Part shown: positions 24,001 through 35,690 of the stretch, piece after piece
How the letters are laid out: every line of letters starts with the position of its first letter
How positions within the stretch are numbered: the first letter of the stretch is position 1
Position numbers and translations under genes: made by a program
The notes under the pieces: generated by a model
What the model was told of the DNA's origin: nothing
The model's database searches: none
Seen by the model: the letters and a program-made list of their open reading frames with translations, nothing else
Assembly: GCF_016433145.1 (NCBI RefSeq)
Contig: NC_058130.1
Coordinates: 207,571,048 to 207,635,047, forward strand
Length of the DNA: 64,000 bases
From: Gracilinanus agilis
Taxonomy: Eukaryota
Direction: 5' to 3'

Positions 24001-25119
24001 TATTACCAGAGGATGAGAACCTCATGGTTCTATGTTAAAGTTAAATAGATATTGACAAAACCATCAGGATTGTGCTTTAGTCAAATTTATTTATTAACAT
24101 GGTATCACAATAATATAAAATTCTAACATGTTTCAATTGAATTTTAAGATTACATGAGGAAGACAAGGATTGGCTTTCAGCATATGAGGATTTTACTTTA
24201 GTGGGTGAAGAAGGCTATGTATTTCTCATTCGTCTAATAGTAATGTAAATTAAGTTTCAAAAAAAAGAGAGAGCAAGCAAATTATTAACCAGATGTCATC
24301 TAGTCTGTAAAGCCAGGTTTGATAAGGCATCTCTCTTTTTCTTTTTCTTCTTTAATAAAGTTTAGCTGCTCTATACAGACAATTTTAATCTCATTACATC
24401 AAGGGTTTGCTTGATGGTATTTAATAACACAGTGCTACCCTGAGACACATCCTCCCCATTTGTATGATACCAGTTATTGGAATAAATTACACAGCACATT
24501 TTTCAGAATCAATGATTGGGTGACAGGTTTGTTTATTGTTCATTAATAAACAAAAAGACTATCACTTCTACTGGATTATACCAAGGTTACTTTATTATAT
24601 TTCCTTTCAATTACTGAAGATGACCTATGACTCATCACAGATCTGAGCATTAATTCTGAACTTTACATACAACACTGCTGCAATCCTTCATCATGGCAGC
24701 TAAATATGTCAGGATTAACATTCTGCTAAACATTCAAACTGAAATTATATTCGAGTTATAAAATGGGGTTTTTATGAGAGGTTTTATGCTATCTGTGGGT
24801 TTTGATCATCTCCAGGAAGATATAAAGGGTAAGTAATGGACTGCCAGGAAATGGTTTTTATCTCTTCCATAAGAAAAAATGTCTACCCTCCTAATGCAGT
24901 ACAAAACAAGTCATCAAACCATTGGCCGAAAAACAAAACAAAAAAAGATTACAAAAGGATTTTTTAAAAAAATCTGATTCCCCCAAAACAGAAAATATAT
25001 TGAGTTAGAAATCTTATGAATTAAAACATATATTTTCTTATTATCCTATGAATGGAGATTGGAATTTTCAGGTAAACAAATATATTCACATTAAAAATAA
25101 TTCTAAAATTTAAAGTGTT

Positions 25120-25291
25120 CCAGGCCTAGAGACAGGAGGTCCTAGGTTCAAATCCGGCCTCAGACACTTCCCAGCTGTGTGACCCTGGGCAAGTCACTTG
25201 ACCCCCATTGCCTACCCTTACCACTCTTCCACCTATAAGTCAATACACAGAAGTTAAGGGTTTAAAATTAAAAAAAAATAAATAAAAAATG
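25120..25291 (+). mobile_element. 5'-truncated young SINE1_Mdo-like SINE
   Basis: 14-bp TSD aaatttaaagtgtt at 25106-25119 and 25292-25305; A-rich tail; CpG retained (aatccggcc). Confidence 0.92.
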
Positions 25292-25449
25292 AAATTTAAA
25301 GTGTTTAGGGAAAAAAAATCAGAGGCTACATGATATCAAGGATAGAGAGATAGCCTCAAAGCCAAGGAAATTCACATTCCAATTCTTTCTGTGATACACT
25401 AATACTATAACCTTGGGCAATCCACTTAACAAGAATGTTCTTGGCAATT

Positions 25450-26121
25450 TTTATTTGGTATTTTTATTTTTTTAATATTCAAGTGATTTATTTTTATTTT
25501 CCATTTCAAATTCTTTCTTTCTTCAATCCCCTCCAATTGATAAGAAAAGAAATGCAATACCCATTACATAGATGAAGTCATGTGAAACATATTTCCCCGT
25601 TAGCCACACAGCACCCCCAAAACAAGAAAAATAAATAAATAAATGCTTCAATCTGCACTTAGTTGTCATTATATCTCTCCCTGGACATGCACAGCATTTG
25701 TCATTATCAAACTTTCTGAATTGTCATGGATCACTGTACTGATGAGTGGCTAAGTCCTTTGCAGTTAATCATTGTTACACTATAGCTGTTGTGCACAATG
25801 TTCCCCAAGTTTTAGTCACTTCATTTCTGATCAGTTCATATAACTCTTCTAATTTTGTTTTTTGGAAACCATTCCCTGTATTATTTCCTACGACGAAATA
25901 TTATTTCATAAAAATCATGCACCACAACTTGTTCTGGCATTCCCCAATTAATGAGCATCACCTCAATTTCCAATTCTTTCAGAAAAAGGGATGAAATAAA
26001 TATTTTTGTACACATTTTTCTCTGACTTCTTTAGAATACAGACCTGGTAATAGTATTGGTGAATCAAAGGGTATGTACAGTTTGATAGCCCTTTGACCAT
26101 AGTTGCAAATTATTCTCCAGA
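25450..26121 (-). mobile_element. 5'-truncated L1 inserted into a Mar1 SINE (Mar1 halves about 25320-25449 and 26122-26230)
   Basis: 11-bp TSD tcttggcaatt at 25439-25449 and 26122-26132; L1 3' motifs (catatttttgtac, tagtattggtgaatcaaagggtatg). Confidence 0.8.
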
Positions 26122-26582
26122 TCTTGGCAATTCTTATAAACTACAGAAAAGATGCTTAATCAAATTGATGGAGGGAGCTGCTTTATCTGGGAGTTCTGGG
26201 TATCAGTGAAATTATAATCCCAATTCCTATCCCTAATGGAAAAACAAACAAATAAAGAAGCTTTTTAACTTGTGTCTATTCTTTTTTTTCCTTCATCAAC
26301 ATCAAATATGTTCTTTTCTCTACTAGAAAGGTCATTAGTGATCATCCAGGTCTCTGATTCATTGCTGTGGAAAGCATAGACTCTAAAGCCAGAGGGATTG
26401 GTTCAGATCTAGCCTCTGATGTTACTGCCTATGTTAACTTTGGGAATATCACTTTAAATCCTTGGGCCTCAATTTCTTCATTTGTAAAGTAAGGAGATTG
26501 GATTAATTGTCCGCCTAATGACCTTTCCAGGGCTATATCCAGGAACTCCCTAAAAATTAAATCTGCTCTATAATATTATTGA

Positions 26583-27493
26583 TTTTTAAACATTTATTAA
26601 TATCCATTTTTAACATGGTTACATGATTCAAGCTCCTACTTTCCTCTTCTCCGCCCCCCCGCCCCGCTCTCCCCCACCCATGGCTGATGCACATTTCCAC
26701 TGGTTTTAACATGTGTCCTTGTTCAAGACCTATTTCCAAATTGTTGATAGTTGCATTGGTGTGGTAGTTTTGAGTCTACATCCCCAATCATGTCCACCTC
26801 AACCCATGTGTTCAAGCAGTTGTTTTTCTTATGTGTTTCCACTCCTGTAGTTCTTCCTCTGAATGTGGGTAGCGTTCTTTACCATAAATCCCTCAGAGCT
26901 GTCCTGTGTCATTTCACTGCTGTTGGTACAGAAGTCCTTTACATTCGATTTTACCATAGTGTATCAGTCTCTGTGTACAATGTTCTTTTGGCTCTGCTCC
27001 TTTCGCTCTGCATCAGTTCCTGGAGGTCTTTCCAGTTCACCTGGAACTCCTCTTGTTCATTATTCCTTTTAGCACAATAGTATTCCATCACCAGCATATA
27101 CCACAGTTTGTTCAGCCATTCCCCAATTGAAGGGCATACCCTCCTTTTCCAGTTCTTTGCCACCACAAAAAGCGCGACTATAAATATTTTCGTACAAGTC
27201 TGTTTATCTATGATCTCTTTGGGGTACAAACCCAACAATGGTATGGCTGGATCAAAGGGCAGGCATTCTTTTATAGCCCTTTGAGCATAGTTCCAAATTG
27301 CCCTCCAGAATGGTTGGATCAGTTCACAGCTCCACCAGCAATGCATCAATGTCCCAATTTTGCCACATCCCCTCCAGCATTCATTACTCTCCCCTTCTTT
27401 CATTTTAGCCAATCTGCTAGGTGTGAGGTGATACCTCAGAGTTGTTTTGATTTGCATTTCTCTAATTATTAGAGATTTAGAACACTTTCTCAT
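26583..27493 (-). mobile_element. Young 5'-truncated L1 with an intact 180-aa ORF2 C-terminus (Cys-rich domain)
   Basis: ORF 26951-27493 reads [15 protein letters not shown]...[18 protein letters not shown]...[13 protein letters not shown]; 16-bp TSD tctataatattattga at 26567-26582 and 27494-27509. Confidence 0.95.
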
Positions 27494-27759
27494 TCTATAA
27501 TATTATTGAGCAGTGACCATACAACAGTTACTGTCAGACCTCTAATCAAGGGAAACTGAGTACCTTCCAAGAGAAACTATTTGTTGATTTGACAGATCTA
27601 AATATTTGAAAGTCCTTATGGAGTTAAAATTGTTTTTCTATAATTTCTACCAATTGGTCTACCAAATCTAAGAATAAGCCCAGTTCCTCTTCTGTGTGAT
27701 ATCTCTTCCAATATTATAAGACACTGACTATGTTTCATTCTAGGTCTTTGCTTCTTATA

Positions 27760-28600
27760 GAATCATAGTATCATAGATGTGGATATCTTCATTTTACAAA
27801 TTATAAAATGGGCTCAGGAAGGTAAATGACTTGCCCAGAGTAATATTAGCAAGTATCAAGGAAGATAGAATTTGAACCCAAGCCTCACAGACAATGCTCA
27901 ATGCTCTTCTTGGGAGAAGCAGAAGGGAATAAGCATTTCTTAAGAGCCTACTGTGTGCCAGGTACTGTGCTAATCACTTTATGAATCTCTGATTTGATCC
28001 TTAACAAATCTGGGAGGTGGATGCTAATATTATTATCCTTATTTTACAGTTATGGAGACTGAGACAGGAAGGGATTAAGTGATTTGCCCACGGTCACACA
28101 GCTAGGAAATGACTGGGTCTAGATTTGAACTCAGATCTTCTTTACCACCAAATCCCCTCAATGCCTCAAAAGATCCAACCTGATACTTTCTCTCCTCAAA
28201 TGTAGACAAAAGAACTGAACATAATGCCATATATGTTGCCTAAACAGGAGAAAGTATATTATGACCATTCATTTCCTTGGGAATTATTAAACTGTTGACT
28301 CACCATGAATTTATACTCCACTAAAAACCATAAGTTTCTTTCACATTCACAATTTGCTATTTTCCTTTTGTAGTGAAATTTTAAAAATTCAAGAGAATTA
28401 TTCAGGTGGCAGCATAGAATAATGGACAGAGCATTGGATTTGGCATCAGAGGACCTGGATTCAAATGCCAGCACTGAAATTTACTATTTGTATGACGAGT
28501 AACTTCACCATTATAGGTCTCAGTTTCCTAAAATTGTAAAAGAGGAGTTTGAAATGAATGATCTATGAGTGTCCTTCTAGGTCTAAATCTATGATCCTAT
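27760..28600. mobile_element. Cluster of MIR-family SINEs
   Basis: Repeated core motifs aagtgatttgccca.ggtcacacagctag and ctcagtttcct...tgtaaaa. Confidence 0.7.
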
Positions 28601-29752
28601 TATTTTATATTAGTCCTTATTAAATTTCATCTTATTAGAATATAGCCATTGCTCTAGTCTGTTTAGATCTTTTTTCATCTCAGATCTGTTTTTACGTATC
28701 TCTGCCAGTTTATTGCTTCCTATAAATTAAAGATGCCATTTGTGTATTCATCCAAATTATAGATTAAAAAGTATTTAATAGAACAAGGCCAAAGCATAGC
28801 ACTAAAGAGCTCCTTCTAAGGTGAACTGTTAATGAACACTCCTTGTATAGTTATCCAAAAAATTTGGCATCTGTGCAATATATAGAATTTTATTCATAAG
28901 GATATTGTGATAGATGATCAAAAGCCTTCTCAATAACCTACTTTGTCACATCTATATTTCTCTACATGTCTAAAATGAAATGAGTTTAGGAAGCCATTAT
29001 TATTTGCTCTTAAGGAAATCTTGATGGTAACTGATGACTGGCATTTTCCTTTTTAAACCATTCATTTGATAAATCATTTTAGAATTTGCAGAAATCTATT
29101 TTCCCCCTTTTGAAAACTAAGATATTTGCCAAAAAGACCTCTTCCACTGCTAGACCTATAATTATGAATTTTTAGTTCTTAGGCAAGTGCCACAAATTTC
29201 CCCTTTGGGGAGTGGAATAGAAGGTGCTCTCAAAGGAGTACAAGAAGGGATGCTGCCCCTTGTAAAGAAAAAGAAAACTTGGACAACAGACACCATTGGT
29301 AGAGACCATAGTCCACCATAAGGTCACTAGAAGAGAGACTGCCCTTGGGAAAGAGACAAATACCATTTAGCAGTTTCTAAATTTTAAGCCTTGTTTCACT
29401 ATGCCATAATAGTTATTACATAATCTCAGAGTTGGAAGGGTCCACAGATACCAGATATAACTCATGTTCCTGGAAATATTTGGATATATAACATTTCATT
29501 TAGATTATTCTCTGTATAGAACAACCTACCCTTTCTATGTCGTAGTTAATCATATTGAAGCTAGGTGGCTCTGTGAATAAAATGATGGAGTTGAAATCAG
29601 GAAGACCTGAGTTAAAACCTTGCCTCAGGCATTTACAAGCTGTATGAGCCTGGGCAAGTCATATAACTTCTTTGGACTTCAATTTCCCCATTTGAAAAAT
29701 AGGGATGATAATAATAGCAACTACCTCCCAGAGTCGTTTTGAGGAACAAATA

Positions 29753-29756
<4 letters not shown>

Positions 29757-29822
<66 letters not shown>

Positions 29823-29837
29823 TAGATAGATAGATAG
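29757..29837. repeat. Compound (TA)n-(GATA)n microsatellite within a MIR (about 29560-29940)
   Basis: Read directly. Confidence 0.95.
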
Positions 29838-32800
29838 TCACTTGTCCACAGTCATATAACTGGTAAGTGCCTGAAGTAGGATTTGAACTCAGCTATTCCT
29901 ATTTCCAAGTCCAGTGCTCTATATACTGTGCCACCTAGTTCTCACGAAAGCTATAAAGAAATAATTTCTTTCTTGGAAGCTTCTCATCCTTCACAATTTA
30001 ATTACTGGTAAGAATTAGGATTGGAACAAGTGATTCCTATTTCTTCATTTACCTTTTGAAAGATTATACATACACACATGCATATGTGTGCATATGTGTG
30101 TATAGAATCTATGATCCTTTAACCTTGTGCATATATATATGTATATAAATATAGAATTATGCGCAAGGTAAGAATTATAGGTTCTGTTTTTAAGAGATAC
30201 CAATCTTGATCAGATGTTAAAATGGCTAATGCTTCTCATCATATCTATATCATGTTTAGATGGAATTTTTGGTATCTCTCAGCTCATATTTTTTCCTATA
30301 AATAGCCAGGATTCCTATTATCACTACTAATATCACTTTTGCTTTTCCTTATTTTATTTTCTTTGACATGTACTCAGAGCCCTGTTTATTCTAAATGATT
30401 ATATAATGTTGAGACAGTTGTCATTTTGCTATCTCTTCTATCCTACCTGATCCTTTTAAACAAAGGATACTTTAACATTGCCATATTCAGTCATGAAGTC
30501 CATCTCTTCAAATCTTGTTGATAACTATGGAGATATCATGATTAGGATTCAATTAGTCTCCCAAATTAATTTTATTTTTCCAAATCTGAATATTGGTGTA
30601 TTGACATCTGTGTCTAACAGTACTATTTTCAGGTCCTTTTCCCAATTATTTTCCCCTATAAATCCATGCTCTTTTCCTTTTCTTTTCTTCTTTATCATAG
30701 CCATTGTTCTCCAAGATACCTAATTTATTTCCCAATACTTTTCTATATTCCTTTTTAAGTGAAGACTGTCTGGATGAGATTAGCAAATATCTAGGAAAAT
30801 GCTTTTTTTTTAGTACTCATCAGCTACAATTTATGAGTGAATAATATTCCATTAAGCCTATATCTTCTTTGCCTAAATAACCAAATCCCATTTTTTATAC
30901 TATTTTCTAAATCAATTGTTCATGTCTTATATCCTATTTTTTCTAAAATCTCTCCATTCATAATACTGCCTATATTCCCTTTCCCTAATTTCTGGCCATG
31001 TTATTACAACCAAACATCTCTAATGGAAAAAAAAACAGACACACATATATGACAATGGAAAGGAGGTGCATGTCAAATATAATTATGTAAAGTGTTAGTC
31101 ACTTTTAATACCATAACCGGATTGATCAGCCTTGGAAGTTAGAAAGAATATCAAGACTGGGGATATAGATATAAGACCTTCATATTTCCAAAAGGCTAAA
31201 TAGTTTTCCTATGATACAAATGATCAGGCTAAAATTTCTCAGCCTTTCATTGAAAGCCCTTCATAATGTGATGACACCATAGGCCTACCTTACCTAACTC
31301 AATATATTTTTTTCATCATCATTCACCATTTATTGAGCACTTACACTGTGTAGAATGTAGTCCTTATATTCATTCTAGTTTCTTGGTTTTTTTTACTTAT
31401 CAAAATCCTTCAATTGTGGTACCCAGAAATGAAAACCATATCTCATGTGAAAGAATAGAATGAACTGCTAATTATTCTTGAAAACTATGCTTTTCTTAAT
31501 GCATTACAAATTGTATTAGCAATTCTGTCTTCCATAAGCAAACTACTGGTTCATATTGGGCTTATGACACTCTGAAGCCCCCAGATCCTTTTCAAATTGT
31601 TGAACAACCATGCTTCACCAAACAGGCAGTTGTGAAGTTAGTTTTTTTCAACCTAAGTACCATATTTTTTATTTATTCTTATTGAATTTCATCTTATTAG
31701 AATCCACTTAGCATGCCACCTTACAATGGTCTTCCTGGATCTACTGTGTTAGCTTTTTGTTACCTGAAAATTTGATAAGAATGCCAACTATACCTTTATC
31801 TAAGTTGGTAAAATTGTCATACTGCATAGATTCAAGTATAAATCTGAAGGTTATTCTACTGAAAACATCCTGCCAAGCTGACATTGTGCTATTAATGACT
31901 ACTCTTTGAATACAATCATTTGACCAGTTTTGAATACACGAAATTGTAATTTCATATAGTCCAAATCACTCCACTTTCTCCATAAGGACAGTATAAGATG
32001 ATTTATCAAATACATTGCTAAAGTCTAGGAAAAACATGGAGTTTTGAGTCTGTGTTAACCTACATTATATATCTAATGTAGGTTAGCTAATCTGAATATA
32101 TGTGTGGACCTCTGGGGTGAAGTATTCCAAATGCCACATATCACTAGTAATTCTGATTACCAGTTAGAGTCTAATAGGGAAATCATTTCAATTTGGGCAC
32201 AAATAAAGAAGAGGGAAAGTAAAATCCACTAATAATCAAAGTTCTCCCTTTCCAATAATACCACAGATCATTAAGAGTGAACCGTTATCTTCGATGCTTT
32301 TATAGCTAGTGAGGTATCACAGGAAGAAGAGTACTTGGGAAAGGTAATCAGCTTTCTACTCTTAAAAAGAAAATATAGATGGAATGATCTTAATAAAGAC
32401 TTCTTTATTGTACAAGGCCAGATACTCAAACAACAGAGACAACTAGTTTATTTTATTACAGTTTATGCCTAACTTCTCCCTCTACAATATGTTTTATACA
32501 TGCAAACATATAAAGACTTTGGTTTTATACTAGTTCAATTAAGCCTGCTAACTAGAGTATACAGTCTATTTAGTATCAAGTCAATCTACTGTATCTTCTT
32601 CCAATAGAACCACATTAAGTGCCAGTGGTCCACAATGAAACCCCCTGCATTCCTGCAGCTGCTTTGAATTGTTTTTCAAGGCAGATACCCACCTTTACGT
32701 TGTGAAGGATAAACACAAACTCTTCTAATTCAGTAATCAGGACAGATAATTACATCTCCTTAATTGTTTTCTTTTTTCAGCTTAGGTTCACATTGATGGG

Positions 32801-34319
32801 AGATGGTAAAATTAGTCCACGAGCCATCTGAAGTTTGCTGCTTGCTGATTAAAGCCTTAATTGATTCAGAATGTTTTACAAATCAATCTCTGCGAATTAC
32901 TCTAGGCTCATGATGCCATCATTATAAAGAAGTATTCTCCCAAAATAAGGTTCTGAATGATACCAAGTAAACACAAATTCATCCTGGTGAAGACATTCAA
33001 GTTCTCTATGGTATGGAAATGAGTCTTGTTTATGTTCAAATTACTCATTCCATTTCATTTTGGTGGAGTCCAAGCAGTAGGTGGTAAACTAAAACTCTAT
33101 AGTCTGGAGGAAAACAAAAAAAAAAAAAAAACCTATGTCACTAAAATCTATCACTATTCCCTTGCCTTACCTAAATTGAGAAAGAACATAAAATTCTCCA
33201 CTCTTGCATTAAGTCATTGTGTAAACAAATCAATGAGGTCACACTTAATGTGAATAACAAATATAAATCATAATTTTAAACACTAGTCCAGAAGATTTAA
33301 ATTCATCAATATTCTTTATGACTCAGGTAGAGATCAATTTTTGTCAGGGAAGTTATGTACTATTTTAAAAAGGAATTTATTTTCATGTTTTGCTCAGATC
33401 AATTTGGCAGCTACTTCAAAAATACAATGATAAATTATTTCATTTGTGAAAGCTAATTAAAGTAACTACTTGTGAAATATTTCACTGGGCATGGAGAGGT
33501 GGGAGCAGAGGGAGCCATTTTTAATTCATCATCTGAAATTATCAGGATAACTTTCCCAAGACCTTAGAAAGACACTATTACTACAATCAACAGATGTTTG
33601 TTACATTTACCTGTTAATAGGTAGTCTGATTATTTTCCTCACCATAATCAAATCAATAAAATTGTTTAGGACCTAATATGGAACAGGTTTTGTAAAAACA
33701 TAACATTATTTTCATAAAAACAAATTTAAAATTTTTAACTCTTTCAAAAATTAAATGTGTACTTTTCCCAATAAAAATTAAATATACTTTTTGCCAAATT
33801 AATCTGAGCAAAATATAAAAATAAATTCCTCATTTTAAAATAGTAGAGACCTTCCATTATAAAAGCTGACCTCTACCTTAATCATAAAGAAAATTGGTAA
33901 ATTTGAATCTTTTAGATTGATATTTAAAATTATTATTTATATTTGTTACGTTAAATCTGACAATACATTTATTCACTCATTACCTTAATGCAAAAATGGG
34001 GAATGTTCTATTCTTATTCAATTTAGGTAACGCCTTCTTCCATGATGATATTCTTTTCTTCTCATGCATCTCAATTATGACAAATAGCCAAATTTTCTAC
34101 ATAAATTCCACACTCTTATTTCTCCTTTCTACATTAGTGTATTCCTTTTAAACTCCCTTCCCTTTCCCCTCTTCAAATCTTTAGAACAGAACTAATCCCC
34201 ACTACTTCTGTTTTTCTCATTCAACTCCCTCTATATCTGATGGCATTACAGTTCTGAAAGGATACTTGTTTCTTTTTCCCCTATTAGAATATTATCACTA
34301 CAGCATCATTATAGCTCCT

Positions 34320-35480
34320 TGGACTCACTCAAATAAATTTACTTTTGTTAGGCTCCCTTACTTACTCTTTGTGTTTGTATTTTAAAGTTCTTAAACAACT
34401 CTGGTGTTTTCCTGTGGAAACTCTTGAAAGTCCTTTTTCATTAAAGGTTAAATTTTTTCTCCTTGTAGGGTTATACATAGTTCTTTGTTCTTCTTATTTT
34501 TTTCCATGTAAGTTATTCTTGGTTGTAAGGCTATATTTTGCCTTTTGGAATATCCTGTTCCAAGCCCTACTCTCATTTATAAAAGAAATTTTCAGGTCTT
34601 ATATATGGTCGTGACTATGATTCTTTGGTACTTGAATTTTTTCTTCCTGGATGCTTCTGATATTTTTGACATAAGAGTTCTAAATTTTGGCTATGACTTT
34701 CTTTTGGGGATTTATTTCAATATATTGTTGTTGAATTCTGTATTCAACAGACATGGGCACGTTTATATAATGATATCTTGAAAACAGTTTCCAGACATTT
34801 TTTTTTAGTTTTGATTTTTATAGATTCCAATGATTCTTTTTTTAAGACCCTTACCTTCCAACTTAGAATCAATATTATTTATTGGTTCCAAGGCAAGAGA
34901 ATGGTATGGGTTAGGCAATGGGGGATTAAGTGATTTACCTAGGGTCACACAGCTAGGAATCTTCATCTTAAGCTTTTATTTCATTAAAAAATTTCTGCTT
35001 CATTTAAAAAAAGTTCATGTAGTCTTTGTAGAATAGTTATTTTCCCGGAGATTTTGTTTATTGTTTTATGGAGAACTCTCTCTTTTGTGGGAGCTCTACA
35101 TTTATAACAATCTTCAATATTACTCTGGGGTTGCTTTGATTTACTCATCTCTCTAAATTTAGTTCCACAATTGGTTCTTGGGGCTAGGTCCAGGCTTTGC
35201 CCCTTGCTGATTTTTTGAGATTCAGAGTATTGAGTTCTCTGGGATCTCTATGACATATCAGAAGAGAGTGCTAGGGACCTTTGAAATGTCTCCAACTCAA
35301 TGCTGGCCATAGTGTGAGACTGATGAGTTGTTTGTCTTCATTGGTTTTGACTTGGTAGTGGCCCTCTTCCCTATTGTTCATAGGCTTCTGGCTGACATTC
35401 TGTGCAGTCCAGGGATAAAAGATGTCACTTAATATGGTTTCTCATTGGATTTCTTGATCATTATTTGGAATGGTATGAGT
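34320..35480 (-). mobile_element. Old L1/HAL1-like ORF1-region fragments with a 5'-truncated SINE1 at about 34836-34959
   Basis: gttattcttggttgtaagg...ttttggaatatcctgttccaagcc pattern of antisense marsupial L1 ORF1; SINE tail ccttaccttccaacttagaatc. Confidence 0.55.
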
Positions 35481-35509
35481 TTTAGATTTTTGTTGGAGTA
35501 GGTAAGTGG

Positions 35510-35690
35510 GAACTGGGCAGTCTGCCTCCTGTTCACAAGACTCCTTGGCTCAGAGTTGCAAGACACTTTGTCTCTCAATGGCAACTCTCTAAGAATATAA
35601 ATTGGCAGAGAAAGTGCTGACCTTCATAGGCAGAGGAAGTTTCTTCATCTCAGAGCTCCCTATTATCAGTGAAATCATAGGTCTACTCCC
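35510..35690 (+). mobile_element. Mar1 SINE
   Basis: ggcaactctctaag...gtgctgaccttcataggcagaggaagtttcttcatc...atcagtgaaatcataggtc. Confidence 0.7.

Larger units (their letters stand above)
27530..32000 (-). mobile_element. Scattered CR1/L3 fragments (about 27530-27750, 28610-29170, 30380-30830, 31390-32000) interleaved with MIRs
   Basis: Antisense CR1 motifs (aatttcatcttattagaat; ttcatccaaattat...aacaaggccaaagca; gatgatttatcaaatacattgctaaagtctag). Confidence 0.55.

Noticed and set aside
24138-24240. Plus-strand peptide LHEEDKDWLSAYEDFTLVGEEGYVFLIRLI
   Set aside because: Short, unrecognised, weak splice sites, and no consistent partner exons.
32900-33015. Minus-strand exon-like peptide ELECLHQDEFVFTWYHSEPYFGRILLYNDGIMSL
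   Set aside because: Weak donor (gtaatt), no similarity to SDK1, and incompatible phase with the real exon.
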